The notes under the pieces were generated by a model. That model searched no databases, had not been told where the DNA came from, and saw only the letters and a list, made by a program, of their open reading frames with translations. A program made the translations under genes and the position numbers. From an uncultured bacterium (GTDB lineage Bacteria > Chloroflexota > UBA5177 > JANWHV01), in NCBI GenBank assembly GCA_963729625.1, contig CAVSOU010000010.1:96001-160000 (forward strand): a stretch of DNA of 64,000 bases, read 5' to 3'. Below, one piece after another: positions 10,575 to 20,350 of this stretch. The stretch's first letter is position 1; every line of letters starts with the position of its first letter.

Positions 10575-10952
10575 TTGGCTCGTATCGCCGGTGTCGATAT
10601 CCCGCGCGATAAGCGCGTGGTGATCTCTCTGACCTATATTTTCGGTATTGGCCTGACCACCAGCAAGAAGGTGCTTGCCACGGTCGGCGTGAACGAGGAT
10701 ACCCGGGTCAAGGATCTTACGGAAGAGGAAGTCAACAGGCTGCGCGAGTATATTGACCGCAATTATCGCGTGGAAGGCGATTTGCGACGCGAGGTCGCGC
10801 TCAATATCAAGCGGCTTCAAGAGATTGGCAGTTACCGTGGCCTTCGCCATCGACGGAAGTTGCCCAGCCGTGGTCAGCGGACGCGCACAAACGCGCGAAC
10901 CTTGCGCGGCGCCAAGAAGACGGTCGGCGCGCGGAAGAAGGCCAAGAAGTAG
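10575..10952 (+). CDS. rpsM: 30S ribosomal protein uS13
   Basis: TTG start after AAGGAG; [20 protein letters not shown]. Confidence 0.98.
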   Translation: MARIAGVDIPRDKRVVISLTYIFGIGLTTSKKVLATVGVNEDTRVKDLTEEEVNRLREYIDRNYRVEGDLRREVALNIKRLQEIGSYRGLRHRRKLPSRGQRTRTNARTLRGAKKTVGARKKAKK

Positions 10953-11030
10953 AAGTATGAGAGAAGCCGGCGGATGGAAGCAGTCGCCGGGATGTGATTG
11001 GCGCGCCCAGGTGCGCCAGGGGGGAACGCA

Positions 11031-11444
11031 ATGGCTGACGCCAAGGTTGCCACGAAACGGAGGAGCCCCGTTCGCGGTCGGCGCCGTGAACGAAAGAATG
11101 TGCCTATTGGTCAGGCGCACATTCACTCCACGTTCAACAATACCATCGTGACGATAACGGATACCACTGGGGCCGTTGTGTGTTGGGGAAGTGCAGGGGC
11201 TGCTGGGTTCAGCGGCAGCAGGAAGAGCACACCCTATGCCGCGCAGATGAGCGCGGACGTGGCTGCCCGCAAAGCGATCGAGCACGGTATGCGACAGGTC
11301 GATGTCTATGTGAAAGGCCCGGGATCGGGACGGGAGTCCGCCATTCGAGCCTTACAACAGGCTGGGTTGAGTGTCAGCTCGATCACTGATGTCACACCTA
11401 TTCCACACAATGGTTGCCGCCCACCGAAGCGACGGCGCGTCTAA
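11031..11444 (+). CDS. rpsK: 30S ribosomal protein uS11
   Basis: [37 protein letters not shown]. Confidence 0.99.
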   Translation: MADAKVATKRRSPVRGRRRERKNVPIGQAHIHSTFNNTIVTITDTTGAVVCWGSAGAAGFSGSRKSTPYAAQMSADVAARKAIEHGMRQVDVYVKGPGSGRESAIRALQQAGLSVSSITDVTPIPHNGCRPPKRRRV

Positions 11445-11550
11445 TCAGACAAGAGAGGAGGTTGCGTACGGTACTGGGGCAGGCGAATGTCGCCCGGGCG
11501 AGATAGCTCGGTAGGAGCAGGCGCCGTGTTTGAGTACCATCTCGCGCAAT

Positions 11551-12183
11551 ATGGCACGATACACAGGGCCTGATTGCAAGCTGTGCCGCCGTGAGGGCAT
11601 CAAGCTGTTCCTCAAGGGTGAGCGGTGCATGACAAAGAAGTGCGCGATCGAGCGCCGGCCGAATCCCCCGGGTCCGCACCAGCAGCGCCGTCGCAAGCCG
11701 TCGGAATATGGTTTGCAGCTTCGTGAGAAGCAGAAGGCGCGCAGGATCTATGGCGTGCTCGAATCACAATTCAGGAAGACATTTGGCGAGGCTAGCAAGC
11801 GAGCAGGAATGACTGGCGAGACATTGCTGCGATTCCTCGAGCTTCGCCTCGACAATATCGTATTTCGTTTAGGACTTGCCGCAAATCGAGAACAGGCGCG
11901 GCAGCTCGTTAACCACGGCCACTTTGCGGTGAACGGACGCAAGGCCAGTATTCCGTCGTATCGGCTTCGCGTCGGCGACGTCGTCAGCGTGCGGCCGAAC
12001 AGCAAGAGTCTGACCTACTTCAAGGACGTGGCGGCGACGTTGCGCACCAAACCCGTTCCCCAGTGGCTAAGCGCGCAGGGGGATGGATTGACCTGTGAAG
12101 TTATCTCCCTTCCAGAACGGTCGGACTGCGATCAGAGCGTACACGAACAGCTTATCGTCGAGTACTACTCGCGTCGTGTCTAG
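11551..12183 (+). CDS. rpsD: 30S ribosomal protein uS4
   Basis: [36 protein letters not shown]; alternative TTG start 11530. Confidence 0.98.
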   Translation: MARYTGPDCKLCRREGIKLFLKGERCMTKKCAIERRPNPPGPHQQRRRKPSEYGLQLREKQKARRIYGVLESQFRKTFGEASKRAGMTGETLLRFLELRLDNIVFRLGLAANREQARQLVNHGHFAVNGRKASIPSYRLRVGDVVSVRPNSKSLTYFKDVAATLRTKPVPQWLSAQGDGLTCEVISLPERSDCDQSVHEQLIVEYYSRRV

Positions 12184-12258
12184 TCTAAGGTAGTGCCCTT
12201 GTTCATGTCAGACAGCCCGGCCGTTAAGGCCTTCAACGAGTCAGGGAGGGTACGTCCG

Positions 12259-13275
12259 TTGTTGGATGGCAATACCGCTCCGTCTCCATTCAATATCGAA
12301 GCTACCAAGCTATCGCCAACGCACGGCCGCTTTGAGATCTCGCCGCTGGAAGAGGGCTATGGGGTGACGCTCGGCAACGCGTTGCGTCGCATACTGCTGT
12401 CCTCCCTCTGGGGAGCGGCCGTAACATCGGTAAAGATTGACGGTGTTCTGCACGAGTTCACCGATATTCCGCACGTGCGTGAGGACGTGACGGAGTTTGT
12501 CCTCAACCTGAAGAAGGTGCGGCTGAAGTCGTTTAGCGAGCAGCCAATCTCCATCGAGCTGGACTACACGGGCCCGGGCGAAGTCTTGGCCAAGGACCTG
12601 TTGGTACCATCGGATGTCGAGGTGGTTAATCCCGAACAATATCTCGCCACGCTCGATGGCGAGGAAGCGTCACTGCACGCGGAAATGATCGTGGAACGAG
12701 GCAAGCGGTATCTGCCGACGGATCTTAACGAGAGCAATGAGATCGGCACAATTCCGATCGACGCCGTTTTCAGCCCGATTCGTCGCGTGAACTATGTCAT
12801 CGAGCGCAAGCGTGTCGGGCCGATGACGAACTTTGAGAGACTGGTGCTGGAGATATGGACTGACGGCACGACTGACCCGAGCACCGCACTGACACAGAGT
12901 GCAGAGATACTGCGACAGCACTTTGAGCAGGTGGCGGGGTTCGGCAAGGTCGACGCCGGCGCCGCCGCGAAGACTCCGGCCGGTGGCTCGGTACCCGCGC
13001 ATATCTACGACATGCCGATTGAGAAACTCGATCTCACTCCACGTGCGTACAACTCGCTCAAGCGTGCCAACATCTCCAAGGTCGGCGAAGTACTTGAGAT
13101 GTCGGAGGATGAGCTGCTCGCCGTTCGCAACTTCGGCAAGAAGTCGCTAGACGAGTTGAAGGACCGCCTGGCGGCGAACAATCTCTTGACCGAAGCGAGC
13201 AATAGTCCACTCTTGCAGTCCTCGGGGTCTACTGGCTTGCTCGGCGAACTGGAAGACGAGGAGGATGATCAGTGA
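12259..13275 (+). CDS. rpoA: RNA polymerase alpha subunit
   Basis: GYGVTLGNALRRILLSSL, PIDAVFSPI, VRNFGKKSL; TTG 12259 after GGAGG (start uncertain). Confidence 0.97.
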   Translation: MLDGNTAPSPFNIEATKLSPTHGRFEISPLEEGYGVTLGNALRRILLSSLWGAAVTSVKIDGVLHEFTDIPHVREDVTEFVLNLKKVRLKSFSEQPISIELDYTGPGEVLAKDLLVPSDVEVVNPEQYLATLDGEEASLHAEMIVERGKRYLPTDLNESNEIGTIPIDAVFSPIRRVNYVIERKRVGPMTNFERLVLEIWTDGTTDPSTALTQSAEILRQHFEQVAGFGKVDAGAAAKTPAGGSVPAHIYDMPIEKLDLTPRAYNSLKRANISKVGEVLEMSEDELLAVRNFGKKSLDELKDRLAANNLLTEASNSPLLQSSGSTGLLGELEDEEDDQ

Positions 13276-13625
13276 GGCACCTACGCTCGGGCCGTAAATT
13301 CGGGCGCCCGACAAATCAGCGCATCGCGCTCTATCGGGCGCTTGTCGCGGCGCTTTTCCTGAAGGGCCGCATCACGACGACTGAAGCCAAGGCGAAGGCA
13401 ATTCGCCCGACGGCCGAGAAACTCATCACGCTGGCGCGCGAGCCTACCGTGCACCATCGCAGGCTCGCGATGGCCGATCTTCCGCACAAGACGGCGGTCG
13501 AGCGACTGTTTGAGGAGATCGGTCCCAAGATGAAGGGTCGCCCGGGTGGCTATACGCGTGTCGTGAAGCTTGGGCCTCGTTTCGGTGACGCAGCGCCTAT
13601 GGCTATTATCGAATTGGTTGAATGA
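13272..13625 (+). CDS. rplQ: 50S ribosomal protein bL17
   Basis: ITTTEAKAK, RPGGYTRVVKLG, GDAAPMAIIELV. Confidence 0.99.
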   Translation: MRHLRSGRKFGRPTNQRIALYRALVAALFLKGRITTTEAKAKAIRPTAEKLITLAREPTVHHRRLAMADLPHKTAVERLFEEIGPKMKGRPGGYTRVVKLGPRFGDAAPMAIIELVE

Positions 13626-14398
13626 CGAGATTGTTGCGCTGCGCAGTGGAATACGACGGGAGCGCTTTCTCCGGGTTTCAACGACAGCCGGATAGGGTGA
13701 CCGTTCAAGGTGCGCTGGAATCGGCGATCAGGCTCGTGACCCGCGAGGAGCCTGTCGTCGTGGGAGCCGGTCGCACCGATGCAGGCGTTCATGCGCTTGG
13801 GCAAGTCATACACTTCAAGACCGCGTCCGAGCTCTCAACGTCGACCTTGCAGCGTGCCATAAACGCGAATCTGCCGCATGCAGTGCGGATTCGGGAACTG
13901 GAAGAAGCAGAGCCGGCGTTTCACGCGAGATTCAGTGCTCGGAGTCGTGAGTATCGCTACGTCGTCGAGAATACCAGCGTCCAGTCTCCGCTATTACGTA
14001 TGCGCGCGTTGCACGTCCCGGGCAGTCTTGACGAGCGCGCGATGGACGAAGCCGCATCCGTACTGCGCGGACGTCACGATTTTGTAGCCTTCGGCGCGCC
14101 GATGGTGCACACTGCACGCGGGGCGGACTTGCCCGACGGGACCTGGGTAAAAGGCGGAACTGTCCGCACCATCTTCGTGGCGATGTGCTGGAGACGCGCG
14201 CGGTTTGTTCACTTTCGCTTCGTGGCCGATGCATTTCTTCGCCACATGGTTCGCATGGTGATCGGCACTCTTCTTCGGATTGGAAGCGGGTCTCTCGCGA
14301 AGCAGGCCATGGCCTTGATCTTGCAGAGCGATCGAACTTTTTCCGCTGGCCCGGCTGTGCCAGCGCATGGTCTTTACCTTGTACGCGTCCGCTACTGA
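13622..14398 (+). CDS. truA: tRNA pseudouridine(38-40) synthase
   Basis: YDGSAFSGFQRQ, AGRTDAGVHA, FHARF, FLRHMVR. Confidence 0.97.
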   Translation: MTRLLRCAVEYDGSAFSGFQRQPDRVTVQGALESAIRLVTREEPVVVGAGRTDAGVHALGQVIHFKTASELSTSTLQRAINANLPHAVRIRELEEAEPAFHARFSARSREYRYVVENTSVQSPLLRMRALHVPGSLDERAMDEAASVLRGRHDFVAFGAPMVHTARGADLPDGTWVKGGTVRTIFVAMCWRRARFVHFRFVADAFLRHMVRMVIGTLLRIGSGSLAKQAMALILQSDRTFSAGPAVPAHGLYLVRVRY

Positions 14399-14449
14399 GC
14401 GGGTCTGGCCGGCGAGATGCTTCTCTCCGTGACACTGAAGGAGTCGGGG

Positions 14450-14914
14450 ATGTCAACACATGTTGTCAAATTAGATGATATCGAGCGGAAGTGGTACACG
14501 GTCGACGCTTCCGGTAAGGTGCTTGGCCGCCTTGCTTCCGATGTCGCGTATATCCTGCACGGCAAGCACAAGCCGATCTTCAGCCCACACCTGGATATCG
14601 GCGATCACGTTATCGTGATCAATGCCGACAAAGTCGCAGTGACCGGCGACCGCCTGGACCAGAAGATGTATTACACGCACTCGGGGTTTCCCGGCGGCCT
14701 CCGCACCACCAGCTTGCAGCGCATGTTGGACACGCATCCGGAGCGCGTGATCGAAAACGCAGTCCGCGGCATGCTCCCGAGGAACAAGCTCGGCGATGCC
14801 ATGATCAAGAAGCTACGGGTGTACGCGGGTCCCGGCCATCCACATGAGGGCCAGGTGCCTGAAGATATTGCGCAGGTGCTCGACGCCGGTCGCGCCTTGA
14901 ATCGTGCGCGGTAA
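14450..14914 (+). CDS. rplM: 50S ribosomal protein uL13
   Basis: [26 protein letters not shown]. Confidence 0.99.
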   Translation: MSTHVVKLDDIERKWYTVDASGKVLGRLASDVAYILHGKHKPIFSPHLDIGDHVIVINADKVAVTGDRLDQKMYYTHSGFPGGLRTTSLQRMLDTHPERVIENAVRGMLPRNKLGDAMIKKLRVYAGPGHPHEGQVPEDIAQVLDAGRALNRAR

Positions 14915-14935
14915 GAAGGGGGAAGCTAGGTAGGT

Positions 14936-15334
14936 ATGGCTGAAGCAATCCAGTACCATTATGGGCTAGGCCGCCGAAAATGTGCCGTCGCGCGCGTAAG
15001 GCTTGTGCCGGGTGACGGACGTGTGGTGGTCAACAACAAGCCCGTTGCCGAGTACTTTGGTCGTCCTGCTTTGGAGGCCGTCGTGCGCGCTCCTCTGACG
15101 GAAGCCGCTCTGCCGGTGGCGTACAACGTCATCGTCAAGGTTGTCGGCGGCGGGCATGCCGGGCAAGCCGGTGCGATACGGCACGGTGTGGCGCGCGCGC
15201 TGGTGCGAATGGACGAAGCTCTGCGCCCTTTGATGCGACGAAGCGGCTTCTTGACGCGAGATCCGCGCGTAAAGGAGCGGAAGAAGTACGGGCTCAAGCG
15301 GGCTCGGAAGGCGCCGCAATACACGAAGCGATAA
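14936..15334 (+). CDS. rpsI: 30S ribosomal protein uS9
   Basis: GRRKCAVARV, GQAGAIRHG, KERKKYGLKRARKAPQYTKR. Confidence 0.99.
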   Translation: MAEAIQYHYGLGRRKCAVARVRLVPGDGRVVVNNKPVAEYFGRPALEAVVRAPLTEAALPVAYNVIVKVVGGGHAGQAGAIRHGVARALVRMDEALRPLMRRSGFLTRDPRVKERKKYGLKRARKAPQYTKR

Positions 15335-15379
15335 TTGGTATGCTCGGCCGCGAGCCTGCAGCGTCGCTAGGCCCAGGAC

Positions 15380-15419
15380 AATCGACGCGCGGGGGCCCGG
15401 GCTCTATTGAGCGTCGATT
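15380..15419. terminator. Inverted repeat between convergent rpsI and scpB
   Basis: AATCGACGC...GCGTCGATT perfect 9-bp arms. Confidence 0.4.
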
Positions 15420-15490
15420 CCACGGCACACCAGCAACGGTATGCCATGGAATCGTCGGTCTGCATATCCCGTTTACCGTGAGAATCTTGT

Positions 15491-16015
15491 CTAGCCGGCG
15501 GAGCTCGCCATTTCGTCAAGCGCTGGAAGGCCTGCCAGCGACGTCAAGCCGGCCGCCTCGAGGAATGCAGGTGTAGTGCCATAGAGCACCGGCCTGCCGA
15601 GTGCGTCTGACCGCCCGACTTCCTCGATCAATCCGGCATTCATGAGAACAGCGAGCACGTGTTCGCTCCCTACCCCGCGGATACTCTCAATTACCGATCG
15701 CGCAACCGGCTGCCGATAGGCGACAATGGCAAGGGCGTCGAGTGCGGCTGCCGAAAGCCGGGGTTTTCGATCGAATCCCTGAAATCGGGCTACGGCCGTA
15801 CCGGCTTCCGGCGCGGTGACCAGTCGTACCCCCGACCTGCTGCGCTCCAGACGAAAGCCGCGGCCCTGCTCTACGTACTGTCGCTCGAGTATTGCCAGCG
15901 CGTCTGCCACCTGCACGTCCGCAAGGTCGGACGCCGCAGCCAGCGCCGCAATATCCACCGGCTCAGGCGATACCAGCAGAAGTGCCTCGACTGTGCGCGC
16001 CTCAGGATCAAGCAT
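15491..16015 (-). CDS. scpB: SMC-Scp complex subunit ScpB
   Basis: EALLL, LSAAALDALAIVAYRQPV, IRGV, GRPVLYGTT..FL. Confidence 0.96.
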   Translation of the reverse strand: MLDPEARTVEALLLVSPEPVDIAALAAASDLADVQVADALAILERQYVEQGRGFRLERSRSGVRLVTAPEAGTAVARFQGFDRKPRLSAAALDALAIVAYRQPVARSVIESIRGVGSEHVLAVLMNAGLIEEVGRSDALGRPVLYGTTPAFLEAAGLTSLAGLPALDEMASSAG

Positions 16016-16748
16016 AGACGAATGACGTACTCGCTAGCGAAACGGAAATCGGACCAAAGGCCTCCGGCTGGTTGAAGCACAGTTGCTGCGTTCTCACGGC
16101 ATCTAGAAGCGCGAGAAACATGGTGACGACGACCAGCGGATGCCACGCGGTGGAGCTCAACGCGGCAAAAGTGGTCTGGCCGAGCCGGCGCACCTCGGCC
16201 AGCAAACCAGCGCGCAGATCCCTGTATGCGATGTCAGGCCACGGGTCAGGCTCCAGCGTGCCGGACGGTGCGCGCTGGAGGAGGCGGACCCCGCTTCGAT
16301 GCAGTGCGTGTAGATTGAAGCGCGGGGGAGGAGCGCGAAACTCGTTCGATTCGACCGCCACCTGCCTGGGCCGCGTTATCGCCTCCGCCTCTAGCTTCAC
16401 TCCAATCGCACCTGCCACCTGCTTGAAGCGCGCGTACTCCGCAATCTGGCGAGCCAACGTTTCAGCATCGTCTTCGTCGCTGGAAGCGTCGATTCCCAGT
16501 TCGCGCCGATACAGGAGCGCGCGAGACTTGATGAGCAGCAACCTCGCCGCCGCGGAGAGGAACTCGCCGGTGGTCGTGAGATCCGTCGCGCCGAGACTGC
16601 CGACGAGGTCGAGAAACTGGTCGGCGACGGCAGCGACGGAGACGCGCGTCACCTCGAGCTCGTTCCTCTCGATAAGGTGGAGAAGGAGCGGAAGCGGTCC
16701 CTCAAAGTCGGTCAGGCGCAGATGAAGGGCGTCAAGGCCAGACGTCAT
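16008..16748 (-). CDS. scpA: Segregation/condensation protein ScpA (kleisin)
   Basis: FEGPLPLLLHLI, EFL.AA.LLLIKSRALL, FLALL; adjacent to scpB. Confidence 0.94.
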   Translation of the reverse strand: MTSGLDALHLRLTDFEGPLPLLLHLIERNELEVTRVSVAAVADQFLDLVGSLGATDLTTTGEFLSAAARLLLIKSRALLYRRELGIDASSDEDDAETLARQIAEYARFKQVAGAIGVKLEAEAITRPRQVAVESNEFRAPPPRFNLHALHRSGVRLLQRAPSGTLEPDPWPDIAYRDLRAGLLAEVRRLGQTTFAALSSTAWHPLVVVTMFLALLDAVRTQQLCFNQPEAFGPISVSLASTSFVYA

Positions 16749-17440
16749 AGCCGGAGAAGCTGGTTCTCTACCCAGTCCTGCATCGGGAAGATCGTGTTGT
16801 CAAGTATGTGGAGGTTGTTGTTGAAGATGAATACGAGAAGCAGGATAAGGGGTCCATACTTCACGAATGAGCGCAAATCATACAGTGTTTTGCGAGACAA
16901 GAACGCCGAGAAGATGGTCCACCCGTCAAGCGGCGGCAGCGGGATCATGTTGAACACGAACAGTAACACGTTCACCACGAAGAGCTCCAGCGTGAAGTTG
17001 AAGAACTCCGCATTCCCGAACAATGTCAACGCCGTGCCGTCGTATGAATTTATTGCGGTCTTTATGGGAATAGCCAGAACGGCTGCGGCAAGCAGGTTTG
17101 ATATCGGACCGGCCAGGGCCACGATCGCGGGGCCGAACCGCGTTCGTCGTCGCAGCTTGGACTCATTGACCGGGGTGAAGCCGTATGCAAAGCCGAACCC
17201 ACTGAGTGCGAGCAGTACAAGCAGTACGACACCGAACTGGTCCATGTGACGGAATGGATTGAGCGAGATGTGCCCGGACAGCCGAGGCGTGTCATCGCCG
17301 AGGTAATCGGCTACGAGCGCGTGGGCCAGCTCGTGCACATCGATCGCTATCAACAAGGCCAGAATAGTGTCGACGATCTGGGTAAGCGACTGGTCGCCGA
17401 AGGCGGCCCCTATCACAGCCAGTGAGGTTGCAAGGTGCAC
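16745..17440 (-). CDS. Site-2 protease family (M50) membrane metalloprotease
   Basis: HELAH, ALAGPISN, FNMIPLPPLDG; GTG 17440 after GAGGAAGG chosen as start. Confidence 0.93.
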   Translation of the reverse strand: MHLATSLAVIGAAFGDQSLTQIVDTILALLIAIDVHELAHALVADYLGDDTPRLSGHISLNPFRHMDQFGVVLLVLLALSGFGFAYGFTPVNESKLRRRTRFGPAIVALAGPISNLLAAAVLAIPIKTAINSYDGTALTLFGNAEFFNFTLELFVVNVLLFVFNMIPLPPLDGWTIFSAFLSRKTLYDLRSFVKYGPLILLLVFIFNNNLHILDNTIFPMQDWVENQLLRL

Positions 17441-17480
17441 GGTTAGAACCCTTCCTCTCGCCTTGCGATTGACCTGCCAA

Positions 17481-17489
17481 AGTATAGCA
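17481..17489 (-). promoter_or_regulatory. Extended -10 promoter for S2P-scpA-scpB
   Basis: TGcTATACT on minus strand about 40 nt upstream of the GTG. Confidence 0.55.
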
Positions 17490-17634
17490 TCCCGGTGAAT
17501 TGCGGGCACTTGAGGTGGTGGGCGGCGGCAGCGGCCGTGCCGTCGAGTTTCCCGGTACACTAATGATAGAGTACGATGCGCAGGCCGAGTGCGCTCGGAC
17601 TGCTCGCTTACCAAGATGATCCTGGAGAGTCCGT

Positions 17635-17982
17635 ATGCCGTTGTATGTTTACGCGTGTCAAACGTGCGGCCATGGGTTTGAAGTGCGGCAGCGCTTCGAC
17701 GACGACCCGCTCAGTGTGTGCCCAGAGTGTTCCGGACGAATACGGCGCGTGGTACAGCCTGTCGGAATCGTGTTCAAGGGCAGTGGCTTCTACAAGACCG
17801 ACAGCCGCAGCTCAAGCGGTGCCAGCGTTCCTTCCGGCGAGGCCAGCAATGGCTCGACCGCCGCGAAGCCTGAGAGCGAGTCCCCTGCTCCTGCGACCAC
17901 GCCCGGTAGCACAACTTCGAGCGATGCTACGTCGAACAGCAGCGCCGCTCCGTCCGCCGCGGCGCCCGCCAAGTCAGCATAA
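17635..17982 (+). CDS. FmdB-family zinc-ribbon protein with Ser/Ala-rich tail
   Basis: MPLYVYAC..CG...CPEC, IVFKGSGFYKTDSR. Confidence 0.93.
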   Translation: MPLYVYACQTCGHGFEVRQRFDDDPLSVCPECSGRIRRVVQPVGIVFKGSGFYKTDSRSSSGASVPSGEASNGSTAAKPESESPAPATTPGSTTSSDATSNSSAAPSAAAPAKSA

Positions 17983-18163
17983 CGTCACGATGCCGCTTCG
18001 GGCCCGGTAGCGCAGCTTCGAACCGGCGACCAGCGGTGTCGGCTGCCAAATGCCGGAGTTTCCAGCGCTGCCGATGGACATCCGATACGCTGGTCGCCTG
18101 ACAGGGTAACGACCCCACGGCGTGTCTCGGCTTGCTCCGTCCAGGAGTCGGTGAAGCGTCACG

Positions 18164-18520
18164 CTACGTGCGACGCTGCTTTTCCTTTTCTTTGAGCTTC
18201 TTGTAGAAAGTTCTTGTGTGCTGGGGACGGGAGTCCACGTCCGTGGTGGCGTCGGGCATGTCGTCCTCGCGCCGGGCCGGGCGTTGTTCGTCGAGATCGC
18301 CCGCAAGTGAGAGGATATCCATTTCGACGGCAGGATTGTTGAGTACGTCACGTTGTCGAAGAAGGTGGCGGTACATCATAGCCTGCGAGACGGACAGAGG
18401 GTTGTCTCGCTCGGGTTCGGCCTGTTCGATCAGCTTGTCCAGCACGCTGAGCGTGGCGGCGTTCGCTTCCCTGCGGAGAAGCTCGTCACGAATCTCGTGC
18501 AGTTGGTCATAAATGTTCAC
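18164..18520 (-). CDS. Hypothetical helical protein (118 aa)
   Basis: GTG start with GGAGGGAG upstream; protein-like composition; own candidate promoter. Confidence 0.75.
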   Translation of the reverse strand: MNIYDQLHEIRDELLRREANAATLSVLDKLIEQAEPERDNPLSVSQAMMYRHLLRQRDVLNNPAVEMDILSLAGDLDEQRPARREDDMPDATTDVDSRPQHTRTFYKKLKEKEKQRRT

Positions 18521-18599
18521 CCTGCTGCACTCCCTCCGCTCGGTTCAAGGCCGCGCCGGTTAGGACCTGTTCGCGGGGTCCGGAGGCTTTGGCGCCTCC

Positions 18600-18629
18600 A
18601 TTGTACCTAGCCTCGATCCGGTCGGGCAA
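18600..18629 (-). promoter_or_regulatory. Sigma70-type promoter for the 118-aa gene
   Basis: TTGCCC-18 nt-TACAAT on minus strand. Confidence 0.5.
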
Positions 18630-18745
18630 ACACGGCCCGGCAAAAAGCACTCATGTGGAGTGGGATGCGCCGGCCTCTGACCAGGCCCTGCGCTGCCGCC
18701 TGAACCCGCGCGAAGCGCGCGACCGTAAGGCTTGTCCATCGCATA

Positions 18746-19933
18746 TCACAGGCGGGCATACGGCAGCAACGGCGGCCCGATTAGCGGGCGAGCATACTCG
18801 ACGAACGCTTCGCTCACGCTAAAGGGGTTGCTGCCCAGATATTCATCGGGAAGCACGCGATGGCGATTGGCCACATCTTCCAGGGCAATCTCGATAATAT
18901 CGCAGTGATATTCCGGTCCGGGCGAACGACGAAAGCCAACCATCTTTCCGGTCGTGCCAGCGAGCGCCAATCGGACGGCGGCAACTCCAGCACTATACGC
19001 CTCCTCGATGTCCACTGGAGAGATCAACGTTCCTGCCACGCGCTGCAACGTTCCCGGCTTATCAAATCGCGCCTTGACACCAAGTCTCTGTCCCACCGAG
19101 GCTGCCAACGTCGCCGCAGTTCCCTGGATGACCGGATGGCCGAACGCGTCGGCGGCGGTTACGTCGTGGAGCCCACCAATCGGCCTTCCACGCGCATCAC
19201 GTACGGTTTCGGCGACGACCGCTACCGCATAGCCATACCGGCGAAAGGCGTTCTCGATCGCCATCGCGAACGCGTCGACGTCCATGTGTCTCTCGGGCAG
19301 CCAAAGCACCTGTGGCGCGTCGCGCTCATCCTGCCTGCCGAGCGCGGCCGATGCCACAAGCCACCCGGCGTCACGCCCCATGACCTCGATAATCTTGATC
19401 GGGTCTGACCGTCTCATGGCCTCCGTATCCAGTCCGGCGTCCTGTGTGGATTGCGCCAGGTAGCGTGCCGCACTGCCGTAACCGGGACAATGGTCGGTAC
19501 CAGGGAGATCGTTGTCGATTGTTTTTGGCACGGAGATCACTCGGAGGTCGTAGGAGCGCGCGCGAGCCGCGCGATCGAGGACCAATGCCGTGTCCGCAGA
19601 GTCGTTGCCGCCGATGTAGAGGAGGTAGTGAGCCTCGAGCTCCATGAGTGTCTCAAGGATCTGCTCATGTTCCCCGCCAACGAGCTTGCGGCGGCACGAT
19701 CCAAGGGCGGCGGAGGGCGTGAACCTGATGCGCTGCCAGACGTCTCTTGGCACCCGACCGAGGTCGACGACGTCGCGCCGCAGAAGTCCTTCGGCGCCAA
19801 AGCGTGCACCGAGCACTTGACCGATCCGGGAACTTGCTGTCGCCGCCTCAATTACACCCACCAGGCTGGCATTGATTGCCGCCGTAGGGCCGCCAGACTG
19901 CGCTACAACGAGCGCAGGCAGTTTTCCAGCCAT
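18746..19933 (-). CDS. Phosphofructokinase, probably PPi-dependent
   Basis: QSGGPTAAIN, GGNDS (Asp, PPi-type), PKTIDNDL, EVMGRDAGW. Confidence 0.92.
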   Translation of the reverse strand: MAGKLPALVVAQSGGPTAAINASLVGVIEAATASSRIGQVLGARFGAEGLLRRDVVDLGRVPRDVWQRIRFTPSAALGSCRRKLVGGEHEQILETLMELEAHYLLYIGGNDSADTALVLDRAARARSYDLRVISVPKTIDNDLPGTDHCPGYGSAARYLAQSTQDAGLDTEAMRRSDPIKIIEVMGRDAGWLVASAALGRQDERDAPQVLWLPERHMDVDAFAMAIENAFRRYGYAVAVVAETVRDARGRPIGGLHDVTAADAFGHPVIQGTAATLAASVGQRLGVKARFDKPGTLQRVAGTLISPVDIEEAYSAGVAAVRLALAGTTGKMVGFRRSPGPEYHCDIIEIALEDVANRHRVLPDEYLGSNPFSVSEAFVEYARPLIGPPLLPYARL

Positions 19934-20154
19934 GTTCTCCTCTTCGCATACGTGCCGCGACTGTTCGGGCCAGTCTTGGCGGTTCGGCTATGCACTCGCG
20001 GCGGCGCGGTCAGAAGACTTCGCCTTTCCGAAACCGCGGTATTGGCACGTCTCTACTCCTGCGCCCGCACAACCTGCGGGGCCTGCACCGATGTTACGCC
20101 GTCGTGCCTGCGCCGACAGGCGTGCCCTGTTCGGCCAGTGCAATCCGCCGGCTA

Positions 20155-20163
20155 TGCTATAAT
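20155..20163 (+). promoter_or_regulatory. Extended -10 promoter
   Basis: Perfect TGcTATAAT about 190 nt upstream of next ATG. Confidence 0.7.
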
Positions 20164-20169
20164 CGTAGC

Positions 20170-20350
20170 AGTTGCGATGCCCTCCATCGTCTTTCTCGAG
20201 CGCTCTTCAAGCGCTATAACCTGTCGAACCTGACGGGAGGTGCGGGCCAACGCTGTTGAACGGAAACCGCTACTCCATTACAGTTCAATCTGCACGGCCA
20301 ACACGCAAGGGGTGTTCCGTCGCATCGGCCAGTAACGTCGGAGGGCTTCG
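20170..20350 (+). ncRNA. Candidate structured RNA (cis leader or 6S-like RNA)
   Basis: Ends pair (CGATGCCCTCC 20175-85 with GGAGGGCTTCG 20340-50); internal stems; follows a perfect promoter. Confidence 0.35.

Noticed and set aside
14090-14165. Short insertion in TruA (PMVHTARGADLPDGTWVKGG)
   Set aside because: In frame, in a variable loop before TVR, with no intein or intron hallmarks.
38-15324. Many minus-strand and alternate-frame ORFs over ribosomal genes (e.g. 38-658, 7539-8513, 10503-11285)
   Set aside because: They overlap unambiguous conserved genes and have shadow-ORF composition.
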